From Acidobacteriota bacterium (GTDB taxonomy: Bacteria > Acidobacteriota > UBA6911), in the NCBI GenBank assembly GCA_963664705.1, contig OY761556.1:3776001-3840000 (forward strand): 64,000 nt of DNA, given 5' to 3'. This document shows positions 17,882 to 26,550 of this stretch, piece after piece. Position 1 is the first letter of the stretch, and every line of letters starts with the position of its first letter. Made by a program: the position numbers and the translations under genes. The notes below the pieces were generated by a model. The model had not been told where the DNA came from, searched no databases, and worked only from the letters and a program-made list of their open reading frames with translations.

Positions 17882-19660
17882 ATGAGAAAACTTATAATTG
17901 CTTTCCTGTTGCTTTTGTGTAGTGCCTCCGTGTTTGCTCAAACAGCAGACAACGTGCTTGTGGTGATGAATGAGGCAAGCCCGGACTCCCTGGACATAGG
18001 AATGTACTATGCCCAGAAACGCGGCATTCCCAAATCCAATCTGCTGCGGGTGAAAACCACGCTCGAAGAAGTAATCTCGCGTGAGGACTATGATCGGCAG
18101 ATCCATTCGCCCGTTGCGACATGGCTAATGCGGAATTCTGCCCAGGATCGAATTCTCTACATAGTTTTGACCAAGGGGATTCCTATCCGCATCAACGGAA
18201 CCACGGGTCAGGAGGGGAACACGGCCAGCGCGGACTCCGAACTGGCGCTCCTGTACCGGAGGATGGTCGGCCAGGCCACGCCCATCAACGGAAGGATCAG
18301 CAATCCCTATTTCCTGGGCGAAACGCCTGTCGCACAGGCAAAGCAATTCAGTCATACCGAACAGGATATCTATCTTGTCAGCCGTCTTGACGGATACAAC
18401 ATGGCCGAGATTCGCGGGCTGATCGATCGCGGAGCCGCCCCGTCAAAAGAAGGGAAGATTCTCCTGGATGCACAGGGCGCTCCTTCGAAGAAGGGGGATG
18501 CCTGGCTGGAGCAGACTGCCGACCTGCTCGGAAAAATGGGATTCGGCGCGCGGGTCACACTGGAAACCAGCCCGAAAGTGCTGATGGATACCAAGGATGT
18601 GCTTGGATACTACTCCTGGGGATCCAATGATCCGGCGATCCGGATCCGGCACTTCGGATTCGGATTTGTTCCCGGCGCTCTGGCCGGCATGTTCGTCAGT
18701 TCAGATGCCCGGACATTCAGGGAATCCTCCGATTGGAAAATCGAGGATTCCGGCTTTCCCCAATCGCTTGCGGCAGATTTCATCCGGGATGGCATTACCG
18801 GAATAGCCGGGCATGTTTCCGAGCCATTTTTGGAAGCCACGATCCGTCCCAATATTCTCTTCCCCGCCTATCTTTCCGGGTTCAACCTGGTTGAATCCTA
18901 CTACCTGTCCATGCCCTACCTGAGTTGGCAGACCATTGTCATCGGGGATCCTCTTTGTGCCCCGTTTCGAAAAACATCTCTGACTCCAAAGGAGATCGAT
19001 AAGGGAATCGATCTCGAAACGGAGCTGCCGGTCGATTTCAGCAAGCGTCGGCTGCGCGGCATTTCCGTTGAAGCTTATAACAAAGCGGGAATCCATCCAG
19101 ACACCATCAAGGCGATTCTGCGCTCGGAAGTACGACTGGCCAAAGAAAATAAGGCCGGCGCTATTCAAGCCCTGGAGGAAGCTACCGCACGCGATGACAG
19201 AATCGCAACCTATCATCTACTGCTAGCGCAGCTTTACGAAACCATAGGGGAATACGACAAAGCGATTGAACGCTATCGCAAGCTTCAGGAGTTTGTGCCC
19301 GACAATGCGCTTGTATTGAATAACCTGGCTTATGCGCTGGCTGCGCGAAAAAATAACCCGCAGGAAGCGTTGCCCCTGGCGGAAAAAGCCTACGAACTGG
19401 CAAAAGGGAGCGCACCCGTTGCCGACACGCTTGGGTGGATCTATCACCTGGCCGGGCAGGACGACAAAGCGTTGAAAATTCTCGAAGGCGCCTCGCGCTC
19501 CGCGGGAAACAACGCGGATATCCATTTGCACTTTGCCATTGTCAGCGCTGCCACTGGAAATACCCTAGCGGCAGAAGTCGCCATGAAAAAAGCTCTGGAA
19601 ATCAATCCAAAGCTCGAACAATCCGATGAAGTAAAGCAGTTACGATCAAAACTCAAGTAG
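17882..19660 (+). CDS. TIGR03790-family protein with C-terminal TPR repeats
   Basis: Signal peptide; NVLVV.N...PDS..I..YY...RGIP, S.DSELA, YLVSRLDG, YYSWGSND and GHVSEP motifs; TPR-like C-terminus (LNNLAY, DTLGWIY). Confidence 0.8.
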   Translation: MRKLIIAFLLLLCSASVFAQTADNVLVVMNEASPDSLDIGMYYAQKRGIPKSNLLRVKTTLEEVISREDYDRQIHSPVATWLMRNSAQDRILYIVLTKGIPIRINGTTGQEGNTASADSELALLYRRMVGQATPINGRISNPYFLGETPVAQAKQFSHTEQDIYLVSRLDGYNMAEIRGLIDRGAAPSKEGKILLDAQGAPSKKGDAWLEQTADLLGKMGFGARVTLETSPKVLMDTKDVLGYYSWGSNDPAIRIRHFGFGFVPGALAGMFVSSDARTFRESSDWKIEDSGFPQSLAADFIRDGITGIAGHVSEPFLEATIRPNILFPAYLSGFNLVESYYLSMPYLSWQTIVIGDPLCAPFRKTSLTPKEIDKGIDLETELPVDFSKRRLRGISVEAYNKAGIHPDTIKAILRSEVRLAKENKAGAIQALEEATARDDRIATYHLLLAQLYETIGEYDKAIERYRKLQEFVPDNALVLNNLAYALAARKNNPQEALPLAEKAYELAKGSAPVADTLGWIYHLAGQDDKALKILEGASRSAGNNADIHLHFAIVSAATGNTLAAEVAMKKALEINPKLEQSDEVKQLRSKLK

Positions 19661-19663
19661 AGA

Positions 19664-19740
19664 GGACCGCGGAGTACGCGGAAGACGCTGAGTACACGGG
19701 AAAGGCTCAAAAGGCCGCGTATTCAGCGTACTCCGCGGTT
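19664..19740. repeat. 9-bp-period inverted repeat doublet (family A)
   Basis: ggaccgcggagtacgcggaagacgctgagtacacggg / ccgcgtattcagcgtactccgcggtt. Confidence 0.85.
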
Positions 19741-19792
19741 AAGACAGCTTCACGGCAAGCCTACCAATCAAAATTTCGTGTATACTAGGGGC

Positions 19793-21004
19793 ATGAAACG
19801 GAAAAGCCCTGTTCTGATTGTTGTTATCGTCATTATTGTCGTCGGAACTGCTGTAGGATGCTTCATCTTATCGAAGCACACCGACGCTCCATCGTATATA
19901 ACTGCCAAAGCCGTTCGGCATGATATTCGTGTGGTTGTGAACACGAACGGCATCATCGAGCCGGCAGAACGCAGCGATGTGTATGCCCCGGTTGACGGCT
20001 TCGTCGCTTCCATTCAGAAAAAGGAAGGGGCTGAAGTGGCGCAAGGTCAGTTGCTTTTCAAACTGAATGCAGAACAACTGAGAACAGCCCTTGCCGAAGC
20101 CACTGCAGGACTGCTTGCCGCCCGCCGGCAAGCCCGCGCCGTGGAGACAGGTCCGTCACGGGAAGAGCTCAACGAGGTGGATGCGTCAATCGCGGAAACC
20201 GGCTTGCAGCTGGAACAACTCGGTAAAGACATCGCCACAGAGGAAGCTCTGCTGATTAAACAGGCCACAACGCGTATGGCGGTGGATAATCTGCGCAAAC
20301 AACGGGACCTGCTCCAACGCCGCATCGATTCACTGAAACAAAAAAAACAAGACATGACCGCCCGCTACTCCGCGGAAGACAAGACACTGGAAAAGGAACG
20401 CATCAACGAACTTGCCCGGCAGGTGAACTTGCTGAACAGCCAATTGCTTGCCGAGTCTGTTGTCACGCCCAAATCGGGAATCATCTATTCCCTCCTTGTA
20501 AAACCGGGAGCTTTTGTGCCCAAAGGGCAGCTTATGGCACAGATGTACAAACCGGGAAAGGTTCTGCTGCGTGCCTATGTGGATGAACCGGATCTGGGCC
20601 GCGTACGGAAGGGGCAGCCGGTCCGCATCGAATGGGATGGCATGCCGAATGAACACTGGACCGGAGTCGTCGAAAAACCAGCGGAACAGGTTGTTGCGCT
20701 GAATAATCGCTCCGTCGGTGAGGTGATATGCTCCATCGACAGCGGCCCGGCAGGCTTGATTCCCAACCTCAACGTGCGGGTGGAAGTCACAACCGAGCAG
20801 AAGCCGAACGCACTGGTTGTGCCCCGCAATGCCATCTTCAATTCCGGCGGAAAGACATCCGTACTGGTACCCCAAGGGGAGCGAACTGTGGCAAAGCCTG
20901 TCTCGCTGGGCCTGCTGACGACCGAGGAAATTGAGATCCTGAGTGGAATAAGCGAAGGGGAAACGGTGATATTGAGCCCGGCAGACGTGCTCAACAAATC
21001 ATAA
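19793..21004 (+). CDS. Efflux periplasmic adaptor subunit (HlyD/MacA family)
   Basis: N-terminal TM anchor, lipoyl halves around a long coiled coil, VDEPDLGRV.KGQ and LVVP..AI; start moved to 19793. Confidence 0.85.
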   Translation: MKRKSPVLIVVIVIIVVGTAVGCFILSKHTDAPSYITAKAVRHDIRVVVNTNGIIEPAERSDVYAPVDGFVASIQKKEGAEVAQGQLLFKLNAEQLRTALAEATAGLLAARRQARAVETGPSREELNEVDASIAETGLQLEQLGKDIATEEALLIKQATTRMAVDNLRKQRDLLQRRIDSLKQKKQDMTARYSAEDKTLEKERINELARQVNLLNSQLLAESVVTPKSGIIYSLLVKPGAFVPKGQLMAQMYKPGKVLLRAYVDEPDLGRVRKGQPVRIEWDGMPNEHWTGVVEKPAEQVVALNNRSVGEVICSIDSGPAGLIPNLNVRVEVTTEQKPNALVVPRNAIFNSGGKTSVLVPQGERTVAKPVSLGLLTTEEIEILSGISEGETVILSPADVLNKS

Positions 21005-21035
21005 AATCTGTCAGAAATTTCCAGAATTACGAGAT

Positions 21036-22247
21036 ATGAAATCGATATTTCCGCTGATTGAAATTTTCCAGACTGCGAACCAGGCGCTGCTGCGCAACTG
21101 GGGTCGCGCCGTATTGACCTCACTCAGCATGGTTATCGGAACCGCTTCGCTGGTACTTGTCATCGTTGCCGGGATCAGCGGGAGAGACTACACCCTTGAA
21201 CAGATTCGCGGCGTCGGCACTAATCTGATCGCTATCTCGAATGAATCCGTTGATTCGGCTATGCGCGCGCGGTCCCTTGCGGACCTCCTGAACATGAATG
21301 ACCTGAACGCAATCACCGCCGTGCCCGGGGTGAAGAACGCAGTCGCCGTCATGACGGGGCACCCCACCTACACCGAATCGGGCGTCGCCCGGCGCGTGTC
21401 GCTGATCGGCACGACGCCGGAATATCAGCAGGTACGGAACATCAAGATCGTCAACGGAACATTTATCGACGACAATGACGAGCGATCCCGCAACAAAGTC
21501 TGCCTGGTCACGGAACTCCTCGCAAAAAAGCTGGAAGCGGATCCCTTTCACAGGAAAAACGCTATCACGCTCTATGGCGTTCAGTTTACCGTGATCGGCG
21601 TTTTCAAGGAACGAGTCAACACATTCGGACAGACCGAAATCTCGGACTACAGCGCCATCATCCCGATCTCGGTCATGCGCTATTTCAAACCGGGAGAGCC
21701 GCTGGATCAAATCTACGTCTCTGCAGAAACGATGGAAGTAGTTCCGCAGGTGTCCGCCGAAATCAAAGATCTCCTCACCAGGAGGCACCGAAACCAATCG
21801 CTCTTCCGGCTGGATAACCTGGCCGAGATATTGACCGCTGCAAACAAAATCAGCCTGGGGTTGACGCTGGTGCTTCTCGTGATAGCTACCATTTCGCTGG
21901 TTGCCAGCGGCATCAGCATCATGAACATCATGCTGATCACCGTTACCGAACGCACCAAAGAGATCGGCCTGAAGAAATCAATTGGCGCAGAGCGAAAAGT
22001 CCTCCTGACCGAATTTCTTGTGGAAGCCTTGATGCTGAGCAGCGGCGGCGGGTTGGTCGGCGTGCTGCTTGGCGCGGCAGTGCCTTATTCGATCCGGTTT
22101 TTCACGGATGCGATACGGATTCAGATTCCGCCGATTGCGATTATTTTGGGATTTGGAGTAACGCTGCTGGTTGGATTGACGTTCGGGATGATTCCCGCTC
22201 TGAGAGCTTCGCGAATGAACCCTGTGGAGGCATTGAGGTACGAGTAG
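21036..22247 (+). CDS. MacB/FtsX-family ABC transporter permease
   Basis: R..LT.L..VIG, IMNIMLITVTERTKEIGLKK.IGA and PA.RAS.MNPVEALRYE. Confidence 0.9.
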   Translation: MKSIFPLIEIFQTANQALLRNWGRAVLTSLSMVIGTASLVLVIVAGISGRDYTLEQIRGVGTNLIAISNESVDSAMRARSLADLLNMNDLNAITAVPGVKNAVAVMTGHPTYTESGVARRVSLIGTTPEYQQVRNIKIVNGTFIDDNDERSRNKVCLVTELLAKKLEADPFHRKNAITLYGVQFTVIGVFKERVNTFGQTEISDYSAIIPISVMRYFKPGEPLDQIYVSAETMEVVPQVSAEIKDLLTRRHRNQSLFRLDNLAEILTAANKISLGLTLVLLVIATISLVASGISIMNIMLITVTERTKEIGLKKSIGAERKVLLTEFLVEALMLSSGGGLVGVLLGAAVPYSIRFFTDAIRIQIPPIAIILGFGVTLLVGLTFGMIPALRASRMNPVEALRYE

Positions 22248-22313
22248 AACCGCTGGAGATGCGGAGTACGCTGCATTACAGCGTCTACCGCGTACTCCGC
22301 GTCTTCAGCGGTT
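22248..22313. repeat. 9-bp-period inverted repeat doublet (family A)
   Basis: aaccgctggagatgcggagtacgctg / cagcgtctaccgcgtactccgcgtcttcagcggtt; abuts both convergent stop codons. Confidence 0.85.
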
Positions 22314-23469
22314 AAAAAACGGATCGAATCCGCCGGAGCCCTTCCTCAATTACCGGAATTGATGTTGCATACGAAAGACGAAGGTAGCCTTCGCCGTATT
22401 GCCCGAAGCATGATCCCGGGAGCAGCGCAACTCCAGCCTTTTCGAGAATCAGATTCGCCAGGTCGCTGGATGTCATTCCAGTTCCCTTGATATTCGGAAA
22501 AACATAAAATGCGCCTTGCGGCCGCTGGCATGTCATCCCGGGTATCTGGTTCAATCCATCGACAATAATATTTCGGCGACGCTGGTATTCCTCTACCATC
22601 CCGTCCACCATTCCCTGCGGACCAATGATCGCTTCAATCCCGGCAAACTGCGTGAAATGAGCGGTGGACCCCAGCGAATGGGTGAGCAACAACCCCACCT
22701 TCTCCGCCAGCGGCTTTGGCATGATCCCGTAACCAAGACGCCATCCCGTCATGGAATAGGTTTTGGAAAAGCCATCCACAATAATCGTCCGATCCTTCAT
22801 TCCCGGGAGCGAAGCAATTGAGGAGACCTGCAATCCGTCGTAAGCAATCCGGGCGTAAATCTCATCCGACATAACCCAGCAGTCATATTTCTGGGCTTGT
22901 GCAGCAATATGCTTCAGATCTTCGTCCGGAATGACACCCCCGGTAGGATTGCTCGGCGAATTCAAAATGATCAGCTTTGTGCGCTTGCTGATGAGCTTGT
23001 CAAAGGCCGCCAGATCGAAGGAAAAGCTGTTCTCCTCAAGAAGCGGCACAGGAACAGGCACGCCTCCTGCGACACCGATCATGGCCTCGTACGTTGGAAA
23101 TCCCGGGTTCGGATAAATAACCTCGTCGCCCGGTTCCACCAAAGCGAGCGTCGGGAAGAACAGATTCGGCTTGCCTCCCGGACTGACCACCACTTCATCC
23201 GGGTGAATCTCAATACCTCGCCGGCGACCAATATCCTCGGCAATTACTTTGCGAAGGCCGGGAACTCCGGCCGGATCCGTATATCGTGTCTTCCCTTCAC
23301 TGATTGCTTTAATACCTGAAAGGCTGACATTCGCAAAGGTTTCGTAATCAGGCTGGCCGATTTCAAAATGGACGATGTCTCTTCCGGCCGCCTCCAGTTT
23401 TCCTGCTTTGGCTAGTACCTGGTAAGCACCCTCGGGCGCAAGATGGTTTGTGCGTTGGGCGTAAGACAT
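22312..23469 (-). CDS. Class I PLP-dependent (aspartate-type) aminotransferase
   Basis: GQPD, LNSPSNPTG, SDEIY and GFSKTYSMTGWRLGY motifs. Confidence 0.92.
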   Translation of the reverse strand: MSYAQRTNHLAPEGAYQVLAKAGKLEAAGRDIVHFEIGQPDYETFANVSLSGIKAISEGKTRYTDPAGVPGLRKVIAEDIGRRRGIEIHPDEVVVSPGGKPNLFFPTLALVEPGDEVIYPNPGFPTYEAMIGVAGGVPVPVPLLEENSFSFDLAAFDKLISKRTKLIILNSPSNPTGGVIPDEDLKHIAAQAQKYDCWVMSDEIYARIAYDGLQVSSIASLPGMKDRTIIVDGFSKTYSMTGWRLGYGIMPKPLAEKVGLLLTHSLGSTAHFTQFAGIEAIIGPQGMVDGMVEEYQRRRNIIVDGLNQIPGMTCQRPQGAFYVFPNIKGTGMTSSDLANLILEKAGVALLPGSCFGQYGEGYLRLSYATSIPVIEEGLRRIRSVF

Positions 23470-23478
23470 AGAACCTCA

Positions 23479-23517
23479 TTGACGAATTACGAGTTACGAA
23501 TTACGACTTGACGAGTT
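23479..23517. repeat. 7-bp-period tandem repeat (TTACGA[AG]), single arm
   Basis: ttgacgaattacgagttacgaattacgacttgacgagtt between panB and the aminotransferase. Confidence 0.7.
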
Positions 23518-23530
23518 GGACAACACGCTC

Positions 23531-24397
23531 CTACTTCTTTCCTTTGAGGAGGTTTTCAAGGCTGTTGAATTCTTCGTCAGGCATCGTGAACCAGTTTTCG
23601 CGCGCTGGGAATTTAACGGCCTTAACCTCGTCGTGATACTCCTTCAGACCGTTCAGAATGACTTCGCCAGCGTTGGCAAACATTTTAGCCATCTTGGGCT
23701 TGAACTTTGGGAAGAGGCCAAACATATCGTGGTAGATCAGCAACTGTCCGTGCGCATGGGGACCGGATCCCAATCCCATGATGATGCAGTTTTCGGAACG
23801 TTCCGTGATCAGCTTGCAAAGACGATCGGGAACGAGCTCAAGCAGAACGGCAAAGGCACCGGCTTTTTCGAGCGCCTTGGTATCATCGGCAATTTTCTTG
23901 GCAAGCGCGGCGTTTTTGCCCTGTACCTTGAATCCGCCGAGGGCGGCAACGGATTGTGGAGTCAAGCCGAGATGTCCGATCGCGGGAATACCCGCATCCA
24001 CGATTGCTTTGATGCGGGGCGCCATGGCCTCGCCGCCTTCCAGTTTGATCGCATCGCACCCGGCTTCCGCCATGAATCGTCCGGCATTCAGTACGGCGAG
24101 TTCATTGCTGGGTTGGTACGACATGTAGGGCATATCGCCGACCAGAAAAACATTCGGCGCTCCCCTGCGAACGGCGGCTGCATGGCGAATCATGTCGTCC
24201 ATCTTGACCGGCAGGGTGGTGTCATAGCCCAACATTGTCATGCCAAGGCTGTCGCCTACGAGGATCATTTCGATGCCGGCCTGTTCCTGGAGGTAGGCGG
24301 TAGGAAAATCGTAGCAGGTCAACCAGGTGATCGGCTCACCCTTTTCGACTTTCTGGAACAGGTATGGCAAGGTAACTTTTTCACGTGCTTTGGTCAT
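23531..24397 (-). CDS. panB: 3-methyl-2-oxobutanoate hydroxymethyltransferase
   Basis: LTCYD, ILVGDSLGM, GDMPYMSY, KLEGG and GHLGLTPQS; start moved to 24397. Confidence 0.95.
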   Translation of the reverse strand: MTKAREKVTLPYLFQKVEKGEPITWLTCYDFPTAYLQEQAGIEMILVGDSLGMTMLGYDTTLPVKMDDMIRHAAAVRRGAPNVFLVGDMPYMSYQPSNELAVLNAGRFMAEAGCDAIKLEGGEAMAPRIKAIVDAGIPAIGHLGLTPQSVAALGGFKVQGKNAALAKKIADDTKALEKAGAFAVLLELVPDRLCKLITERSENCIIMGLGSGPHAHGQLLIYHDMFGLFPKFKPKMAKMFANAGEVILNGLKEYHDEVKAVKFPARENWFTMPDEEFNSLENLLKGKK

Positions 24398-24513
24398 GAC
24401 TTCAATGGCTCCTTTAGTATTTTTGCAGCCGCGAGTACCAATACCCATCGCGAGCAGGGATGCGATTCTAACAGAAAACCCTCCATCCGTTAAAAGAATA
24501 AGTGCCGCCCTCT

Positions 24514-24550
24514 CCCGCGTTTTCAGCGTACTCCGCGTATTCAGCGGTCC
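24514..24550 (-). repeat. Family A 9-bp-period arm upstream of the GxxExxY gene
   Basis: cccgcgttttcagcgtactccgcgtattcagcggtcc; its reverse complement matches 24985-25022. Confidence 0.88.
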
Positions 24551-24587
24551 CGTGAAATAAATCCCTCCTCAACGAAACATTGTCCAT

Positions 24588-25013
24588 ATGGAACTGAAGC
24601 ATTCCGAAACAACCGGCCACCTCATAAATCTTTTCTACAAGGTCTATGCAACTCTTGGATTTGGATTCCTTGAGCGCGTTTATTTGAATGCAATGGTGGT
24701 TGCCGCAAAGGATTTCGGGCTGAATATCCAAAAGGACTTCCCTATTCGAGTCAGTTTCGAAAATGTGATCATTGGGAGATATGTGGCTGACTTGGTTGTA
24801 AATGACGCAATAATAGCGGAACTAAAAACCGTCGGGACACTCATTCCGGAACACGAGGCTCAGCTGCTCAATTATCTCAAGGCGACTGAATATGAAGTTG
24901 GTTTCTTGTTCAACTTCGGCCCAAAACCGCAGTTCAAGCGCATGGTTTTGGAAAATTCAAGAAAGGGGAGTCTTTCATGGATTAGGACCGCGGAAGGACG
25001 CGGAGTACGCTGA
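24588..25013 (+). CDS. GxxExxY protein (PD-(D/E)XK nuclease superfamily)
   Basis: GFLERVY signature, ADLVV...AELK catalytic pattern, QLLNYL and FNFG. Confidence 0.92.
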   Translation: MELKHSETTGHLINLFYKVYATLGFGFLERVYLNAMVVAAKDFGLNIQKDFPIRVSFENVIIGRYVADLVVNDAIIAELKTVGTLIPEHEAQLLNYLKATEYEVGFLFNFGPKPQFKRMVLENSRKGSLSWIRTAEGRGVR

Positions 25014-25022
25014 ATACGCGGG
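24985..25022 (+). repeat. Family A 9-bp-period arm overlapping the 3' end of the GxxExxY gene
   Basis: ggaccgcggaaggacgcggagtacgctgaatacgcggg; contains the gene's stop codon. Confidence 0.88.
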
Positions 25023-25093
25023 TTGTTTAAAATGATATTGGGAGAGAAGAGCATGCAGGTATAATGGTAGGGTTTTGGACATTGAGGGGGAAA

Positions 25094-26443
25094 ATGATGT
25101 ACCTAGAAAGCACTAATCGGCAGTCTCCGAAAGTCAACCTGGCGGAAGCCCTGATCCAGGGACAAGCTCCCGATAAGGGTTTGTACCTGCCGATCTCTAT
25201 TCCCCGCTTCGCTTCCGGCGAATTAGATGCACTCAAAAGCAAATCCTATCCGGAAATCGCTTTTGCCGTCTTAAGCAAATTCACGCAGGATACGTTTACG
25301 CACTCGAGGCTTGAACAGATGTGCCGCAGTGCCTACGACTACGAAGTCCCATTGGAAAGTGTCGATAACAAGCGCTTTGTCATGCGCCTCGATCGCGGAC
25401 CAACGGCTTCGTTCAAGGATTTTGCCGGACGTATGATGGGCCAGATGTTCGGGGCCCTTCGGGAACAGGCAACCGACCGGCTCGTAATCCTTACCGCGAC
25501 CAGCGGCGACACTGGAAGCGCCGTGGCACACGCTTTCTATAGAATTCCCCGAGTGGAAGTCATGGTCCTGTTTCCGCCGGATGAAGTCAGCAACCGGCAG
25601 CGAAAGCAAATGACCACGCTTGGAGAAAACATCACGGCCGTCGGTGTTGCCGGCAAATTCGACGATTGCCAGGCACTGGTCAAACAGGCATTTGCGGATC
25701 CAAGCCTGCAGCACATGCACCTGACGTCAGCCAACTCCATCAACATTGGCCGACTGCTTCCACAGATTGTTTACTATGTATACGCCTATGTCCGTCTGGC
25801 CCAAGCCGGTGCACCGGTGATTTTCTCGATCCCTTCCGGCAATTTCGGCGACATGATGGGAGCACTTCTGGCGTCACGCATGGGGCTGCCGATCGAAAAA
25901 CTCGTCATCGCAACGAATGCCAACGACGAAGTGGAAAAGTTCATGGAATCCGGGCGCTACGAAAAGATCGTCCCGTCGCGCTCCTGCATTTCAAATGCGA
26001 TGAACGTCGGGCACCCGAGCAATTTCGCGCGCGTAATCGCGCTGTTCGGCGGCTGGATGGACGAAGCGGGAGGCGTTCGCGAGATGCCGGACATGGCCCT
26101 GATGGAGCAGGAACTGTGGGCCACTAGCGTCAGTGACGACGATACCCGCAAGACGATTCAGCGCGCCTGGCAACAGCACAAGCTGCTGCTCGAGCCGCAC
26201 GGAGCGGTTGGCTGGCTGGGACTGGAACGTTATCTCGACAAAAATCCGTCTTCTTCAATTGCCATCTCCGTAGAAACGGCGCACCCTGCGAAATTCCCGG
26301 AGGAGATCGAGCGATTACTTGGCTTTTCGCCGGAGGTTCCCGCGACGCTCGCAGAAGTAGAAAAGAAGCAGGAAAATTATCAGAACATGCCTAACGATTA
26401 TGCGGCGTTCCATCGGTTGCTGACCCAAACATATGGCGTGTAA
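25094..26443 (+). CDS. thrC: Threonine synthase
   Basis: GPTASFKDF, TATSGDTGSA, SANSINIGRL, PSGNFG and ETAHPAKF; start moved to 25094 behind RBS gagggg. Confidence 0.95.
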   Translation: MMYLESTNRQSPKVNLAEALIQGQAPDKGLYLPISIPRFASGELDALKSKSYPEIAFAVLSKFTQDTFTHSRLEQMCRSAYDYEVPLESVDNKRFVMRLDRGPTASFKDFAGRMMGQMFGALREQATDRLVILTATSGDTGSAVAHAFYRIPRVEVMVLFPPDEVSNRQRKQMTTLGENITAVGVAGKFDDCQALVKQAFADPSLQHMHLTSANSINIGRLLPQIVYYVYAYVRLAQAGAPVIFSIPSGNFGDMMGALLASRMGLPIEKLVIATNANDEVEKFMESGRYEKIVPSRSCISNAMNVGHPSNFARVIALFGGWMDEAGGVREMPDMALMEQELWATSVSDDDTRKTIQRAWQQHKLLLEPHGAVGWLGLERYLDKNPSSSIAISVETAHPAKFPEEIERLLGFSPEVPATLAEVEKKQENYQNMPNDYAAFHRLLTQTYGV

Positions 26444-26538
26444 ATTCCAATTGCAGATTTCCGATTCCATATGAAAAACCAGTAAGCGCTTTTCTCTGGA
26501 ATTTGAAATCTGAAATCTGAAATCTGCAATCTGCAATT
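26443..26538. repeat. 7-bp-period inverted repeat (ATTTCAG/CTGAAAT family B)
   Basis: aattccaattgcagatttccgattcca ... tggaatttgaaatctgaaatctgaaatctgcaatctgcaatt. Confidence 0.85.
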
Positions 26539-26550
26539 CAGAGGCTGATC

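Noticed and set aside
24468-24731. ORF with TAEYAEYAENAG periodic peptide
   Set aside because: It is the translation of the 9-bp DNA repeat and lies antisense to the GxxExxY gene; no independent coding evidence.
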